Source: Hypanus sabinus
Taxonomy: Eukaryota
Direction: 5' to 3'
DNA length: 64,000 nucleotides
Assembly (NCBI RefSeq): GCF_030144855.1
Contig: NC_082732.1
Coordinates: 39,742,001-39,806,000, forward strand
Made by a program: the position numbers and the translations under genes
Shown here: positions 13,401 to 26,700 of the stretch, one piece after another
Layout: the number at the start of each line of letters is the position of its first letter
How positions within the stretch are numbered: position 1 is the stretch's first letter
Notes under the pieces: generated by a model
The model's input: the letters and a program-made list of their open reading frames with translations, nothing else
What the model was told of the DNA's origin: nothing
The model's database searches: none

Positions 13401-16400
13401 CTTTCTCCATCAGGCAGAAAACCAAAAGATCTCACGATTAAATATGACATGCAAATTGGAAGCTCCAGATGTAGCTACAGCTCTGGGAGTTCTGAGTATT
13501 GAAGTGTGTGTAAACAAGACTCCAAGCTCATTTTCCTTTAACTGGTTTGAGTAATTTCTCTATTGCTAAACCAAATCAAAAAAGAGTTTAAAAAAAATCA
13601 ACTTCAGCACCTGCAAAATTAAACTCTGCAGGTCATTTTTCATGCTACTCTATGACTTATTGGAATAAGCAAGCAAACAGGATCGCAATTACAAAGAGCT
13701 GTATCGCCAATAATCAATTGCCGCTCAAAATACATGGGTTCTGCCTTTAGAAGCAAGGAATATTTTTAAGATTTCACAATGATATATGGGAATATTATAC
13801 AAGCCACAAAGCTTATGTTGAATGCTGTGGTTACTAGGAAACAGACGCTCAGAAATATTTTCATTAGAAGTGGTCTGTTGTTGCGCAGAACAAGTCTGCA
13901 TCCAAATAATTTTGGACAGAATGTATTTGAGAATATGTGGCAAGAAATCCCCAATTACACTTAGAACACTGAATAATTTTCCCATGCCAGCAATCTAGTA
14001 TAGCCCAACATTCTAAGTAGTTGTATTAAGTATTCCATTCTCTTAGCAACCGAGTCCAATTTACTGTGCCTTCCTAATTATTAAATTGTGTATGCCAATA
14101 TTGTTCTCCATGCAAAAAGCCCAGATCCTTTCATTCTGCAGTTTCCCCTTTAAGAGACTCAGCACTTAGTATTCCAAAGAGAATTGATGACCTTGTCTCC
14201 CCACATACTCTGCCAAAATTCCGACCACTTGCTTAACCCATTTTTACTAACTACCTTTTTCAACTTCAAACCCAGGAGACAACACACAAGAAATGCTGGA
14301 ACTCAGCAGGCCAGGCAGCTTCAATGGCAGTTGAGATTTCCGGCCAAGACCCTTCATCAGATCTCAGCCTGAAACATACACTGTTTATTCCCCTCCATAG
14401 ATGTTGCCTGACCTGCCGAGTTCCTCCAGCATCTTATTTATTGAGATACAGTGCAAAATAGGCCCAAGGTCAATTGTGCAGCTGGATATGCCAGACCCCA
14501 GCTTGCCAATGGCCTTTGAGTGTTATGGACTATTGAGGTCACCTGTTGCATGTAAATATGGGATTTTTAAAAATTAAGCTGTACTGCACGTATTGTAAAT
14601 ACCTATTCTGAATGGAATGGAATAGCAGTGCAATCACATTATCTTGAGCAATAACAATAAAGTTCTACTCTACTTAGTTCAGTGGTTGGCATCATGTTAC
14701 TTGAATCTAGCTGTCTTGGTGTTGTTATCAACAGAATTGTCTATCATCAGCAGTCTAGTGCAAGACAACCTCACTACTTTTTTCATACATAGATGCTGTC
14801 TGGCCTGCTGAGTTCTGCCAGCATTTTGTGTTTTTTTACACTACTCTTTTTGCTTTGTTTCCCTTTGTCTCTCAACACTTCGCCTTCCTTCCACTTATAA
14901 CACTAAATAGTCAACAAGTTTTATGCCTTAATCTTGTCTTCTGAAGGACCTTAAAAGCATCAGGATCCAACACCTCATAGCAAAAGCCCGCATGTTACGA
15001 TCACATCGTGGGGTGGGGTGGGGTGGGGGGGGAAGGAGGGTACAAACACTCGAAGACCACACAATGATTCAGAAGCAGCTTCTTCCTCTTTGCCACCAGA
15101 TTTCTGAATGATCCATGAACACTATTCCGGCGTAATCCCGAGTTAGGATATATTGCAAATATTAACTTCAGCAACCAATCTTCAGACCTGAAGATGGGTT
15201 GCGGATTGAATTCAAAACTGATACATAACTGATAACTGATACATGTCTGCATATGTATGAATTGCATGAATGCGACTCAAGGACCACCGTAATTAACACT
15301 CATTTTGGACGTTTATGGGAAGATCCAGGAATTTGAAAAATTACATGCAACTCAAAAGCATTATGAAGGGTTTGTAACTGTAGAAATTGTCCTGTTACTC
15401 GTGTTCTTTAACATATAAAAATGTACTATAATGTACACACACACACACACACACTTATTCACTATTCTTTCTTCGAACTATTTTTATAATTTAGTGATTT
15501 TATTGTACTGCCTTGTAATAAATGTCATGCCATTTATGTCAGTGATAATAAATCTGATTCAGCTACAATGCAACTGACCTCATGATGCAGGTTACCACAT
15601 GGACCAACTAGTTGGGGCCTCCAGCTTTCTGTGACATCCTAAACATTGCAGCTTACCAAATTGAAACCCGTGTCTCCTAACTTTATCAGATGGCCAATTC
15701 TCAATGGTAACATTTCTCCCAGAACTCATGACATCAAGGGCAAGGTTTACACCACAGGATAATAAATCAACCATCACACGGCAAAGATAATGCCCTGATG
15801 GAAATTTCACAAGCATTAACACTATGACGAGGTTAGAATAGAGACAACTTGTTTCTAATTTTCATTATACCCGTAAGCAGGAGGTATACTCTGACAAGTG
15901 TGGAAGAATAGTAACCTGTGTATTTATATGGTGATCCACTTTTGAGAAGGTCACTAACCATGTAGGAAGGACAGAAACTTGTTCATGCCACTCAAGAATA
16001 CTTACATTCAGCGTAGCAGTACGATAGTGAAGCAGTTAGTGCATTGTTTTACAGTGCCAGCTGCAAGACAAGGGTGTTCAATGCCCATCACTGCAAGTAG
16101 TTTATACATTTCCCCGACAGTATGGATTTCCTCCCACATTCCGAAGACAGGGGATAGTAGGTTAGTAAATTGTGAGTATGCTATGTTGGTACCCGAATTA
16201 TAGCGGCACTTGTGAGCTGCCCAGCACAATTTTCAAAGGTTTGACACAAATGACATGTTTCACTGTACATGTGACGTATAAAGCTAATCTCTTCAGTTCA
16301 ATGCATCCCCTTCCAAAAGAGCTTCTTACAGGTTAAATGACCCTGAGACCAGTTAGTAAAATCCCAAGTGCACACAAGCACTTCAAAAAAGGGCTCATTG

Positions 16401-17004
16401 GCTATGCCAGCTGCACACAACTTGGAAAAACAAACTACAAATGTATTAATTTTTTTTAAAAAAAGGACCGAATGGAAACATTTCATCCCACCAATGCAAA
16501 AGTCAATTGCAGGCTGCTCGCAGGTTAATCTCTCCATTTTTACTGATATCCGCAAGTTGATTCTGTCAGAGTCATAGCAGAGAAGCAGGCCCTATGGCCA
16601 TTCCAGTCTGTGCTAAACTATTGTTCTGCCTAGCCCCATCAACCTGCACCTCAATATCCATGTATTACCCCAACGGTTGAAATCAAACCAACATCTGCTG
16701 ACAACTCGTTCCACTCACTCAACCCTGTGAGTGAAGTTCCTGTTCAGGTTCCCCTTAAATATTTTACCTTTCACCCTCAACCTATGACCTCATCTCACCC
16801 AAATTCTGGAAAAAGACCACTTGCATTTACCCTATCTACACCTCTCAATTTTGTATACATCTATTAAATCTCCACTCATTCTCCAGAGAAGTTCTGAAAA
16901 TAACAAAAATCATTCCATGACAGCCATACATCCACAGAAATGCAGTGAATGGTATTAATGCATACACATGCTCGGTCTTGAATTTATTATGGGAGTTTGT
17001 GTAT

Positions 17005-17039
17005 GATATATATATATATATATATATATAGATATATAT
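17005..17039. repeat. (TA)n microsatellite
   Basis: Direct inspection. Confidence 0.9.
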
Positions 17040-17989
17040 TTTAAATGCATGATACATCTATTTTTAACAATCCTTTCCCTTCTGAAGAAGCATCACCAAT
17101 TGTTTGGCACCAATAAATTGGGAGAAGGCAATCATGCTTTTATGCAAACTTGCCAGCAAGTCACTGGGATGAACAAGAAATGGGGCTTTTTTTCCCCCCT
17201 TTACCAATGGCTAGTGGTAATTAAATCAAAGCACTGCTTCAGCTAAGATTAGCCAACCTTGGGCAGTATGCAGAAATTCTCACAGGAGCTTTAAACACAA
17301 ACCCCCTTCAGAATCTCTAACAACATGAGCCCACTCTGCAGAAGTAACTAAATTAACAAAAACAGTGTTTTGTTAATCTTAAAAATTACAAAATTAAAGC
17401 CAAGATTAGCTTTGTCGCATATACATCAAAACAGTGAAATGCATTGCTTATGTCAAATCAAATCAGTAAGTATTGTGCCAAGTAGCCCATAGGTCTAACA
17501 CCAACATAGCATGCTCACAACTCACTATGCCCCAAATTGTTAGTGTTCGCAATGTGCACCTAAAGGAAACCCACGCAGTCACAGAGAATACTTGCAAACA
17601 CCTTACAGATAGTGGCAGACTCGAACCCTGTCCTTATAGCTGCCACTGTAAAGCATTGTGCTAACAAATATAGTATCATGTCACCACATGTGAATTTGGG
17701 TCACAAACTGATAGACAAATTGAAGCAGGCTTCCATAAATATTCACTAGCAGCAGCTCATCCAATCCTTTTCACTGAAGTATTTCAACATTATGACAATA
17801 AGAAAGTCCAGTAATGCAAATTAGTGAAGAGAAGCAATTTCTTAAACGCTCAAAAACCAACAATTTTAAAGTGAGCTCCAGTCATTTATGGTAACACTAA
17901 AGATTCTCGGTTTACAAATTCCGCCACCTGGCGTAGTGGTTAGCATACCGGTATTATAGTTCGGAGTGGAGTTCTGAGCTCAATGCCCA

Positions 17990-18398
17990 CTCTGGGCTTT
18001 TACTGACTGGAATTCAGAGGAACGAGCAGCAACCTCATTGAAATCTATTGAATAATGAAAGGCCTTGACAGAGTGGTTGTGGAGAAGGTGCTTCCTGTGG
18101 TGGGGGAGTCCAAGACCAGAGGCCACAGCTTCAGAATAGAGGGGTGTCCTTTTAGAACAGAAATGAGGAATTTCTTTAGCCAGAGGGTGGTGAATCTCTG
18201 GAAATTGTTGTCACTAGCAGCTGTGGAGGTCAAGAGTTTGGATATATTTAAGGCAGAGGATGGTGGATTCTTGATTAGTCAAGGAATGAGGGATATGGGG
18301 AAAAAGGCAGAGATTGGTGTGGTGAGGGAAACTGGATCAGCCAACAATGAAATGGCACAGCAGACTCAATAGGCTCCTATATCTTATTGTCTTATGGT
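17990..18398 (+). mobile_element. CR1-type LINE 3' fragment (representative of more than 15 copies)
   Basis: MKGLDRV..TRGHSFRI..FRTEMRNFFSQRVVNLW is the classical CR1 ORF2 C-terminus, followed by 3'UTR. Confidence 0.88.
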
Positions 18399-20469
18399 CC
18401 TCTGAGGGGGTCTATACATTCTCCCCATGGAATATATGGGTTTTCTCTGACTGCTCTGATTTCCTCTCAGTCCATTAGAGGGTTAATTGGTCATTGTAAA
18501 TTGTCCCATGGTTAAGTTAGAGTGAAATTGGGGGAGGGGGGTGGTTGCTGGGCTGCACAGCTCAAAGAGCTAGATATGCCTATTCCCACTGTATCTCCAA
18601 AATAAATAAATGGCACTAATAACAATTAGCTAATAGTTTCTGCAGATGGGTACAAAATTTGAATGGTGGGAGAAGACTGACAATAATCAGTTAGATGAAT
18701 GATAGAAGGTGACAGATAGAGTCAGAGCACAGACACCAATCATTCGGCTCATCTAGGTGGTGCTGAACTGTTATTCTGCCTAGTCCCATTGACCTGTACC
18801 TGTACCACAGCCCTCTATTTCCCTCCCATCCACTTCTCTTAAATACTGAAATCAAACCCACACTCATCCTCAGATACAAGAATATTTCCCTGGCATTTCC
18901 AAAGGGTAAGCACATGACATCAGTAAAGCTGCATGCTTAGCCTCCTCTCTACTCTCATGACTTTGTGGCTAAGCACAGCTCTAATACTGCCTGTAATTAG
19001 ACAAAGTAGTTCACTGGATCACAGGGAGTGACAAGCCAGTATAAAGATAGTGCATCAGGCTGACTGCTGCCTCAGTAACCACACGCAAAACCAAGGAGCT
19101 AATTGTTGACTTCAGAATGAGTTTGGAAACAGAATTTTCCTTCTGCACGTTGATATCAAAGCAATCAAGGCAGCTTATCAGCAGTTCTACTTTAAGATTA
19201 GCTGTCCTTTGTGACAAATAAATCAAAGCATGAAATGCGTCATTTACATCAATGACCACAGTCCAAGGATGTGCTGAGGGCAAGTCACGAGTGTCACTGT
19301 GCTTCCAGCACCAACAGAATGCTCAGAGCTCACTAAACCTAACCTGAATGAATTTGAAATAGCACTTGGAAGAAATCCATGCAGTCATGGGAGTGAACAC
19401 AAACTCCTTATGAACAGGAATGGAACTGGTGCTATAAAGTACTATGCACACCGCTACACTGCAGTGCCACTGTTGCTCCAACCAACAGGTTCTTCAACCA
19501 ACCTGCACAACCCTAACCCTACCTGACCAATCAAACACCACCACAAATCACCTCTTGCACCACCATGGACTTGATTTTTTTTTGCACTAAGGCATTGCTT
19601 TTTTGATCCCCCCCCCCCCCACAGTACCCAAATTTATATTCTGTACATTGTCCATACCTATATACATGTGATATTGAAATTTTACATTGTAATTACTTAC
19701 ACTTCATCATAAATAAACTAGAATCAGATCTGAACATTGCAGAAATTAGCTTTTTTTGGGGGGGAAAAACAATTAATCTTAAGTAATACACACAAAATGT
19801 TGGAGGAACTCAGCAAGTCAGGCAGCACCTATGGAGAAGAATAAATAGTTGATGTTCCAGGCCAAGACCCTCCACTGGGACTACATGTTGTGCTAACATA
19901 CAAGTAGTCTAAATGACGCAACACTTAGCCAACTATTACAACTGAATTGCAATGTCTAGACAGTGGACTCAGCCACAGCTTGCCCAATTAAACACAGATA
20001 GCTGTATCAAAGTAACTGTGATACCACCAAAAATTCCGAGATGCTACAAGCAACTCCATGAGTGAGCTATTCTATTGGAAGCCAGAACATTCATTCCCTT
20101 TACCTATTTCTCCTTCTCCCCTCACCACAGACTTACAGTAGCAAGTTTGTTATTAAATAATCCAATTCAATTAGTGGACACATTAAAAATCTTTCAGCAA
20201 GACCTAGGGAGTGTATGAATTACACATCTCTACAACAAAATACACTGAAAAATCATTCAAGAGTGGTCAGGCTATAGTTTAATTTCTTAAGATACCAACC
20301 TACTGGTAAGTACAAACTCAAATATTAAGGAAATGCAAAGGAAAGAACAACGGGTCAATTTAATTTAGTATTGGCAACAGCTCACACTTTAAACCTTAAT
20401 TTGCAACGTGACTGCACAAACAATTTGAGCAATTTTATACTTCATATTAGAGAGCATCTTTATTTCTAC

Positions 20470-20740
20470 AGCCACAGTGATGTAGCAGTTAATGTGACAT
20501 TATCACAGCTCAGAGCAGAGTCCACTGTAACAAAGTTTTAAATGTCCTTTCCATGTGCATATGGGTTTCTTCTAGGTGCTCCAGTTTCCTCCCACAGTTC
20601 AAAAACATACCAGTTAGCAACCTAATTGGTCATTGTAAATTGTTCCGTGATTAGGCTAGGATTAAATCATGGGTTGCTGGGTTACGCAGCTTAATGGGCT
20701 GGAACGGCCTGTTCTGCACTCCATCTCTAAATTTAAAAAA
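20470..20740 (+). mobile_element. V-domain SINE, HE1-like (representative; other copies at about 6590-6870, 10985-11240, 11495-11720, 16015-16290, 36535-36745, 45155-45370)
   Basis: Degenerate tRNA head plus gggtttcttctaggtgctccagtttcctcccacagttcaaaaac and taattggtcattgtaaattg core with a CR1-like tail. Confidence 0.75.
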
Positions 20741-23700
20741 ATTAATACAGAAGGTACTACATATTTAAGAGGCACGATGGTTGTATTCTGAGAGCTAGGG
20801 TCAAGTGAGTAGAATCCACCCTGAGCAACACCCCTGTTCCATCAATCCAGGATCTACTGCCTCATTTCAGTCACCTGAATTCCACATTTGAACATTCCAT
20901 TTACCCTTGACTTAATGGAATTACCAGCATTCCTCAGGCACTGGCTTCACTCCTGCAGGAAAGATCATAGTTAGCCTGCATAATTAGGACAACACTACTT
21001 TGCCCTATCAGATGTAATCACGTTCATTCACTCATGTACTAATACATCACCTTCCAATTCTAGTATCCTGTTTAGGCAATAAACCTTGCCAATTCGAGGC
21101 CTAGCTTCTATCAATGTATTTGACTCGCTGCATCATGGCCTGGTATGAAACCACCGATGCCTTTGAATGGAAAATCCTACAAAAGGTAGTGGACTTGGCC
21201 CAATACATCACGGATAGCCCTCCCAACCATTAAGCACATCTACATGAAACACTGTTGCAGGAAAGCAGCATCCATCAGAGATCCTCACCACCAGGTCATG
21301 CTCTCTTCTCGCTGCTGCCATCAAGTCGAAGGCACAAGAGCCTCAGGAATCGCACCAGCAGGTTCAAGAATAGTTACGACACCTCAACCATCAGGCTCTT
21401 GAACAAAAGGGTTAACTACACTCACTTGCCCATCCACTGAAGATGTTTCTATGACCAATGATCTCACTTTAAAGGACCCTATCTTGCTATTTCATGTTCT
21501 TGTAATTTATTGGTATTTATTTATATTTGCATTTGCTCAGTTTGTTGCCTTCTGCACTCTGGTTGATCTTTCATTGACCCTGTATAAAGTTGCTGAGTCT
21601 GCCAACAGGAAAATTAATCTCAGGGTTGTATATGGTGTCATACATGTACTTTTGATAATAAAATTTGAAGTAAATTTTATCTCAACCCCCATCAAGTATA
21701 TGACAACTCCCGTTTTGGCTGGTTTATACAGCCTTCCTGTCAAGCCCCACAACTGCATGACATTAATCTTTCATCCAACACCAGTGTAGAGCTTCAAGTC
21801 TCTCAATTCTTAGTCACTTCACATATTTGCCAAATTCTCATAATTCCTTTTCACATCGCTCATTTATCTTCTAATTATATAGGCCAAAACACATTGACGA
21901 ACTTGAAGAAAACACCCCCACACACCTCGTCATCTCCAGTTGCTCAGCTGTGATATTACCAGTCAAAGGTTTTTCAAGAGTTTGCATGAGTCACCTTGAC
22001 TGTAACCACAAGCTCAAATTGACAAAACCTACAGAAGTTAGAAACCCAAAATTATACAACAAAAAAAAAATAAGCCATCTGACCTGCTGAATGCTTACAG
22101 CTTCTAAGGAGTGTTTTCTGGTTCTGCTGAAGGGGTTTTCACCAGAGACATTTAATTAAATCATTCAACCCAAAATTAATGTTTCAGAAAAATGTTTCAA
22201 AATATTACTTGACTTGAAACATCCTTTCAGAATTTGTGGACTGACCTTTCTGTAGCACCTTTTATGACAATGCTTTGTTGCTCAGTTTTTCTTCAGTGTC
22301 TTAAGGCCAATTCTTCCCACTCCGGAAGCAACTAAGTAAACCTCTTATTCTTCCTGTTCAAGCATATCCATCAGGTATGGAGAACAGATACAGTAACATC
22401 ATTCCAGGTATAATCTGACCAGGCTCCCAGCTACCTAAATACTCATGTATAGAAGGCTAACACACCATTGTCTGTTCTTCTAATGTCTGATGAATGTTGA
22501 GGACTCATGTTACTCATGTTATGACTCCTGCTTAATTTTTAATACCGCCAACCCACCTTTTAACACTCAGGAAGGCATTTCAAAGATAGAAAGCACAGAA
22601 AAACAGTCTATTAAAGTATGAAAACTAAAAAAAAAACTTGAAAGAACTGATCAACAAACTTTATCATAAAACTTAAAAAAACATAAAGCCAGAGGCCTAT
22701 AGTATGCAAGTTGACTGGCTGCAGAAGCTGGCCTGTCCTGGAATTGGAGGTGCAAGCAAATTGGTCTTGTTTCACTGTTGCTGTTTTGTTGTGCATTGTT
22801 CTGTTGAGAATTACGGGTACGCTATTTTGATGCTGGGATGTGTGGTGACATGTGGGCTGCGCCCAGCACATCCTTGGGTGTGGTGGCTATTTTTGCAAAC
22901 AAGGCATTTGACTTAATATTTCAATATACACGTGATAAATGAATTAATCTGAATTCAAAGTATTTTGAGATCCATAAATGAACTTTCAAAATGTTCTTAG
23001 TTTTTTTAAAAAAAGATACAGCACAGTAAAAAGCCCTTTTGGCTATTTTGATAGGAGCAGACTGGCTCTGTGGCCTACAATCAACGAATAACAATGCCAA
23101 ATTGAAATGAACTGAACATTCCTAGACTGTTTCAAAGACTCTAGTTTGATGGTTTATATTATGTGTTTTATCATTCTTTTTTGTCATCTGCATGATTTGT
23201 TCTTGTGTGTTGGGTGTTTGTTGTTTTCTTTGAGCAGGTTCCATGCTTCTTTGTTTCATGGCTGTCCAGTGGAAGACGGATATCAAGGTTGTATATTGCG
23301 TATATACTTGATAATAAATGCACTTTGAACAAACCTGTGCCATCCAATTACACTCATGGAATACAGGGGATTTATGAAGCTTCCTCCCACCACTCCCACT
23401 TCATTGGATTTCTGTTGGTAGTAATAAAACTTGGCTGAGCTGAGGCTGTCATTAGACTTAATTAAAGAAAATGCCAAAAAAAACAGAAGTTTGATCTGGA
23501 ATGCCCCCATCTTTACTATTGGAAACTCCCTGTGCTTCAATCCTCCAACTATATCAGCTGTGGATGAAAGCCAGTATTCCTAGTATACAGATTTTTGCAT
23601 CAGAACTAAACAGTGCATGTAACATTTCCAATATAACATGAACACGCACGCACACACACCAACACACACACCCCCCTCCCCCCCCACAATAACAGGATCT

Positions 23701-26700
23701 TCTGGTCAAACAGTGCGGTGCTATGCAATTACACCCAAGTGATTGATTAACCCACAAAACTTGTATGTTGAGGATTCTTTTCTCAAATTGTACCCTCTGA
23801 TACCCACTGATAAGAGATTCCACAGATGCTAGAAATCTTTAACACAGCTGGAGGAAATCAGCAGGTCAGGCAGCAACCATGGAGGGGAATAAAAAGCCAA
23901 CATTTCAGGTGAAGACACTTTTATCAATACTGGAAAGGGGACAGAACATTATTTGGGCTTCTGCCTCCAGCCTTTTACATGTGTTGCATCTTAAATATGT
24001 TGTCTTGGTGGGCCTTTGTATTGATAGGCAGCCATATTTCTTACTTGCAAACAGTTCACGTCAGTGGGAATGGAATCCTATTGTAGTCAGGGCAGGACCT
24101 GTACTACAATAGACTTTCATTCCAATTATGTTCTTCCTTGTATAATTATGTTTACATTTTCATTGTGAATGTTGTGTCTCTGATGCTATGTAACTGTGAT
24201 GTTGCAGCAAATTCCCCATTGCACCCGAGCATGCATATGACAAACTCAACTGGCTACTGCACTTGTCTTGCTCAACTAGTCCACCGATTCAAATTTCCTT
24301 GCAGTTTGATATTACAGGTTTACCAACATTTCAACACCTCACAAGTGTGACATTTATCCCCTTGCACTTTGCAGAACCTTTTGCATAAACTCTATAAGTG
24401 GTAATAGCCCAGATCTGAGCCAAAAAGCTAACAATACAACTTCTCCAAGCAACCTACTGAGTCTAGCCTTGTCACACTTGTGACAAATCAGTGGCCACAT
24501 TCCAACTACAAAAGTCAGGAGCAAACGAGATCCCAAGGATTTACTGGTGCTAATGGTGTTCTAATCATGACCATTTTCAAGAATGTTTGTATTTACGGTA
24601 TTCAAAGGTGATATAAAGGGTAAGATTTAAAAAAAAATCAAAATACTGGGTGTCTGGAATGTGCTGCTTGGGATGGTGGTAGAGGTAGCTATATTAGGAC
24701 TTGAGACATTTGGATCAGAACATCAATGTGAAGAAAATGAAAGAACATGGACACTATGAAGGCAGAAGAGATTTGTTCAGTTGGCCCTTTAATTACTAAT
24801 TTAATTGGTTCAGCACAACATTGCGGGCCAAAGGGCCTGTTCCTGTGCTGTATTGTTCCACGAGGTTCTAGCTGAACGGGATCAACCACAAACTACAGAG
24901 GTCTCTTTACTTATTGCCACAAGGAAGTCTTGACTAAGATCATCAACCCTGTCCAGCTACAGCTGCTTGTCAATCGCATCATCAATCCAACCATGACAAC
25001 ATCTAATGCAAGATACAGCCACTCTCCCAAACTCCTTAAAGCCACAACTCTAAACATCAGGGCAGTGGAACATCTATCAGGGATTCAATTACCTTCAAGT
25101 TACTCATGCTAGTGTGCACGCCAAGATCAGCATCCAACAAAGCTGTCAACACACCAACTTTTGATCTTCCAAATTTTGAATGGCAACAGACCCAATCTTA
25201 ATGGGAAACTATCCAACCTTTAATCAATGTTTTGATAGACTTTGGTTCTCAGAGTTTCAGTACAGACAATACAATGCACACCTGCATGCACAAGGGAGAG
25301 CCAAATATTTAAATTGTTGAATGAAAGGCCGCAAAACAAAATTCCTCTCTTCCATTTGTTCCTGCTGTACACTCTTCTCCAAATGGTTCACAGTAGGATC
25401 GTGGATTACCTGCCACATCTCCGACCACAGCCTGACAAAGACAGACACTGAGCAAATTCACAAATCACCTTCAGCGTGCCAATACATCTTTTGATCAACA
25501 GATGAACAGCTAAATTCAACACTATCAACCAGACATAAAATCCACCATCAGGTACTTTGTACATGTAACTGTGTCTTCTCTGGGTTTCAGACACTTTAGA
25601 ACAGAGGTAGCAAGCCTTATTGACATTGATTATTGCATTTGAAACAATAATTATAGATTTTAAGGATGAGTTCTGTGTAGCTTGTGTAATTTTTTTATTA
25701 TTAACAAAAGCATGACAAACAAATAAAGCACTTAGAAAACCTGCTCAAAAATGATTAATCTTTTAAAAAGACAATTGAAAAATCATTTCTGAATAGTTAC
25801 TGTTCCTCACAACAAATGTGAACATGAAATTATAAGCTTTGGGGATATTCACAAGGCGTATAAGAAAAGTAAACATTTTACTCCCAGTAAGAGTTTCATT
25901 GCGGCACTAACGATGACAACTATTTTATATCAGAATTGTATTTACTTGTTTTGAGAACTTTGCACATAGCACTAGTTTCATCATTAAGTCTACTCCTATA
26001 CACAGACTTGAACATGTTCACTGAAAATAATGACTCACAATTATATTCACGGAGGTGCTAAACAACATGCAGTATTTACTATTATTGCTGAATAATCAGT
26101 CTTCACTCATGACAGAAAAATATAAGCAAAGCCATTACCAACTGGCCTATTATTGTCCAAATACAGATATGGTCACTAGGTTCGCGAGATTTCAAGACAT
26201 AGCATGCATTGTCACATGTCAGTGCAACTGTCTAGCTGGCACCAAACCAGGGTGATACATTTCTTGTGAAAACATCTCATTGCTCTCAGGTTGTGAAAAA
26301 AAACACATCATTCTCTGCTTCATTTGGCAGAAAAGATTTCCATCATCTTTTTTTGGGTGGGGTTCAAAGAATCTAGGGACAGCACTGAATGCCATGTGCT
26401 AATGAATTTTTTTGCAATTGTCATCTCAGACATGTGCCTCAGGTTCACCACCCTTGCATTAGAAAATACTAAACCACAGAATAAAATTTGGTATACTTTA
26501 AAAAAAAATCACTGTATATTTTGCCTCTTGGCCTTGTACCATTATACTAAATAAAAAAGAATATTGATAGCAAATACACTGAACTTCACAATGAGTTTAA
26601 AACTGGAAACCAATATGATCAAATACTTGTAGGCAAAGATGGCCCAAGTTTGACTTGTGTTAGATACTCATATTTCAGAGCTTTGCCTGTGCTTACTGTA

